A DNA stretch of 64,000 nt from Moniliella sp. 'wahieum'. Its lineage: Eukaryota. Position numbers and translations under genes: made by a program. The notes below the pieces were generated by a model. That model saw only the letters and a list, made by a program, of their open reading frames with translations, ran no database searches and had not been told where the DNA came from. Where the stretch lies: positions 1 to 64,000 of the forward strand of contig RSEE01000001.1 in assembly GCA_003971905.1 (NCBI GenBank), read 5' to 3'. Shown one piece after another: positions 63,561 through 64,000 of the stretch (positions within the stretch are counted from its first letter, which is position 1; each line of letters begins with the position of its first letter).

Positions 63561-64000
63561 ATGGTGCTTTTCGCTCAAGCCACGCCTCCCGTCTCGCACG
63601 GGACTTCGCCCTCTCCGGACACGCTGGGCGAAGTCAAGGCTACTCCCGCACCCAAAGCCTCCATTCGCACGCCTTCGACCTCTCACAGGGCCAACACCGC
63701 CAGTCAACGCAAGCGCTCGTCCGTCGGTGCCGCGCCAGCTTCCGCTTCTACTAACAGTCATGTGCCGTCTTCGCCTTGCGAACAGAAGGAAGAGGGCAAT
63801 ACGGCTTCGATGGCTTGCACTTTTTGCCGTCAACGGTACGTCGTTCTCTCCCTTTTTGCTTCTCTCTCTCATCCTAACCCCCGTGCTTGATTCCTCCATC
63901 CCGTCGGCCCACCAGCAAAATCAAATGCAACAACGCCAAGCCCGAATGCAGTGCGTGCGTCAGCTATGGCCGCAAATGTGTCTACCAGGCCGTCACAGCC
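63561..64000 (+). CDS. Zn(II)2Cys6 binuclear-cluster transcription factor (3'-partial); intron 63836-63915
   Basis: Splicing GTACGT..CCTAAC..CAG yields ACTFCRQR|KIKCNNAKPECSACVSYGRKCVY, a complete C-x2-C-x6-C-x6-C-x2-C-x6-C motif. Confidence 0.92.

Noticed and set aside
1..64000. Hundreds of overlapping Arg/Pro/Gly-rich ORFs in the six-frame track
   Set aside because: These are shadow ORFs expected from high GC content and antisense or alternate frames of real genes. They carry no family motifs.

Overview
This is eukaryotic, GC-rich fungal DNA, most likely a basidiomycete of the Ustilaginomycotina type (inference from sparse short GT(A/G)xGT...CTGAC/CTAAC...YAG introns and the protein motifs). 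The first ~53 kb hold about 18 mostly housekeeping genes: an OYE-family flavin oxidoreductase, ERG27, alanine aminotransferase, a LAG1/LAC1 ceramide synthase, a Tea1/Kel1 kelch protein, Ies2, Mrs2, LETM1/Mdm38, BCKDH E2, Lin1/CD2BP2, a LIM protein, the divergent RPL19/RPS27 pair, a Vps3/Vps39-family CNH protein, a CreB/USP12-like deubiquitinase and a few orphans. About 10 kb of gene-poor, less GC-rich DNA follows, then the 5' end of a Zn(II)2Cys6 transcription factor. Nearly every gene, including both ribosomal proteins, is broken by single-base indels. This points to an unpolished long-read assembly rather than real pseudogenes, so gene boundaries are approximate. An island at ~11.5-14.1 kb holds a 5'-truncated CRE/Cnl1-like (RLE-type) non-LTR retrotransposon, an isolated NFS1 fragment and a degenerate tRNA-Lys(CTT). 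The most unusual signal is an intergenic 7-bp repeat grammar, TNA plus a 4-bp palindrome whose sequence varies between arrays and even within one array. There is also a hairpin-rich candidate structured RNA at ~54.4-54.8 kb. No CRISPR array or prokaryotic system is present.
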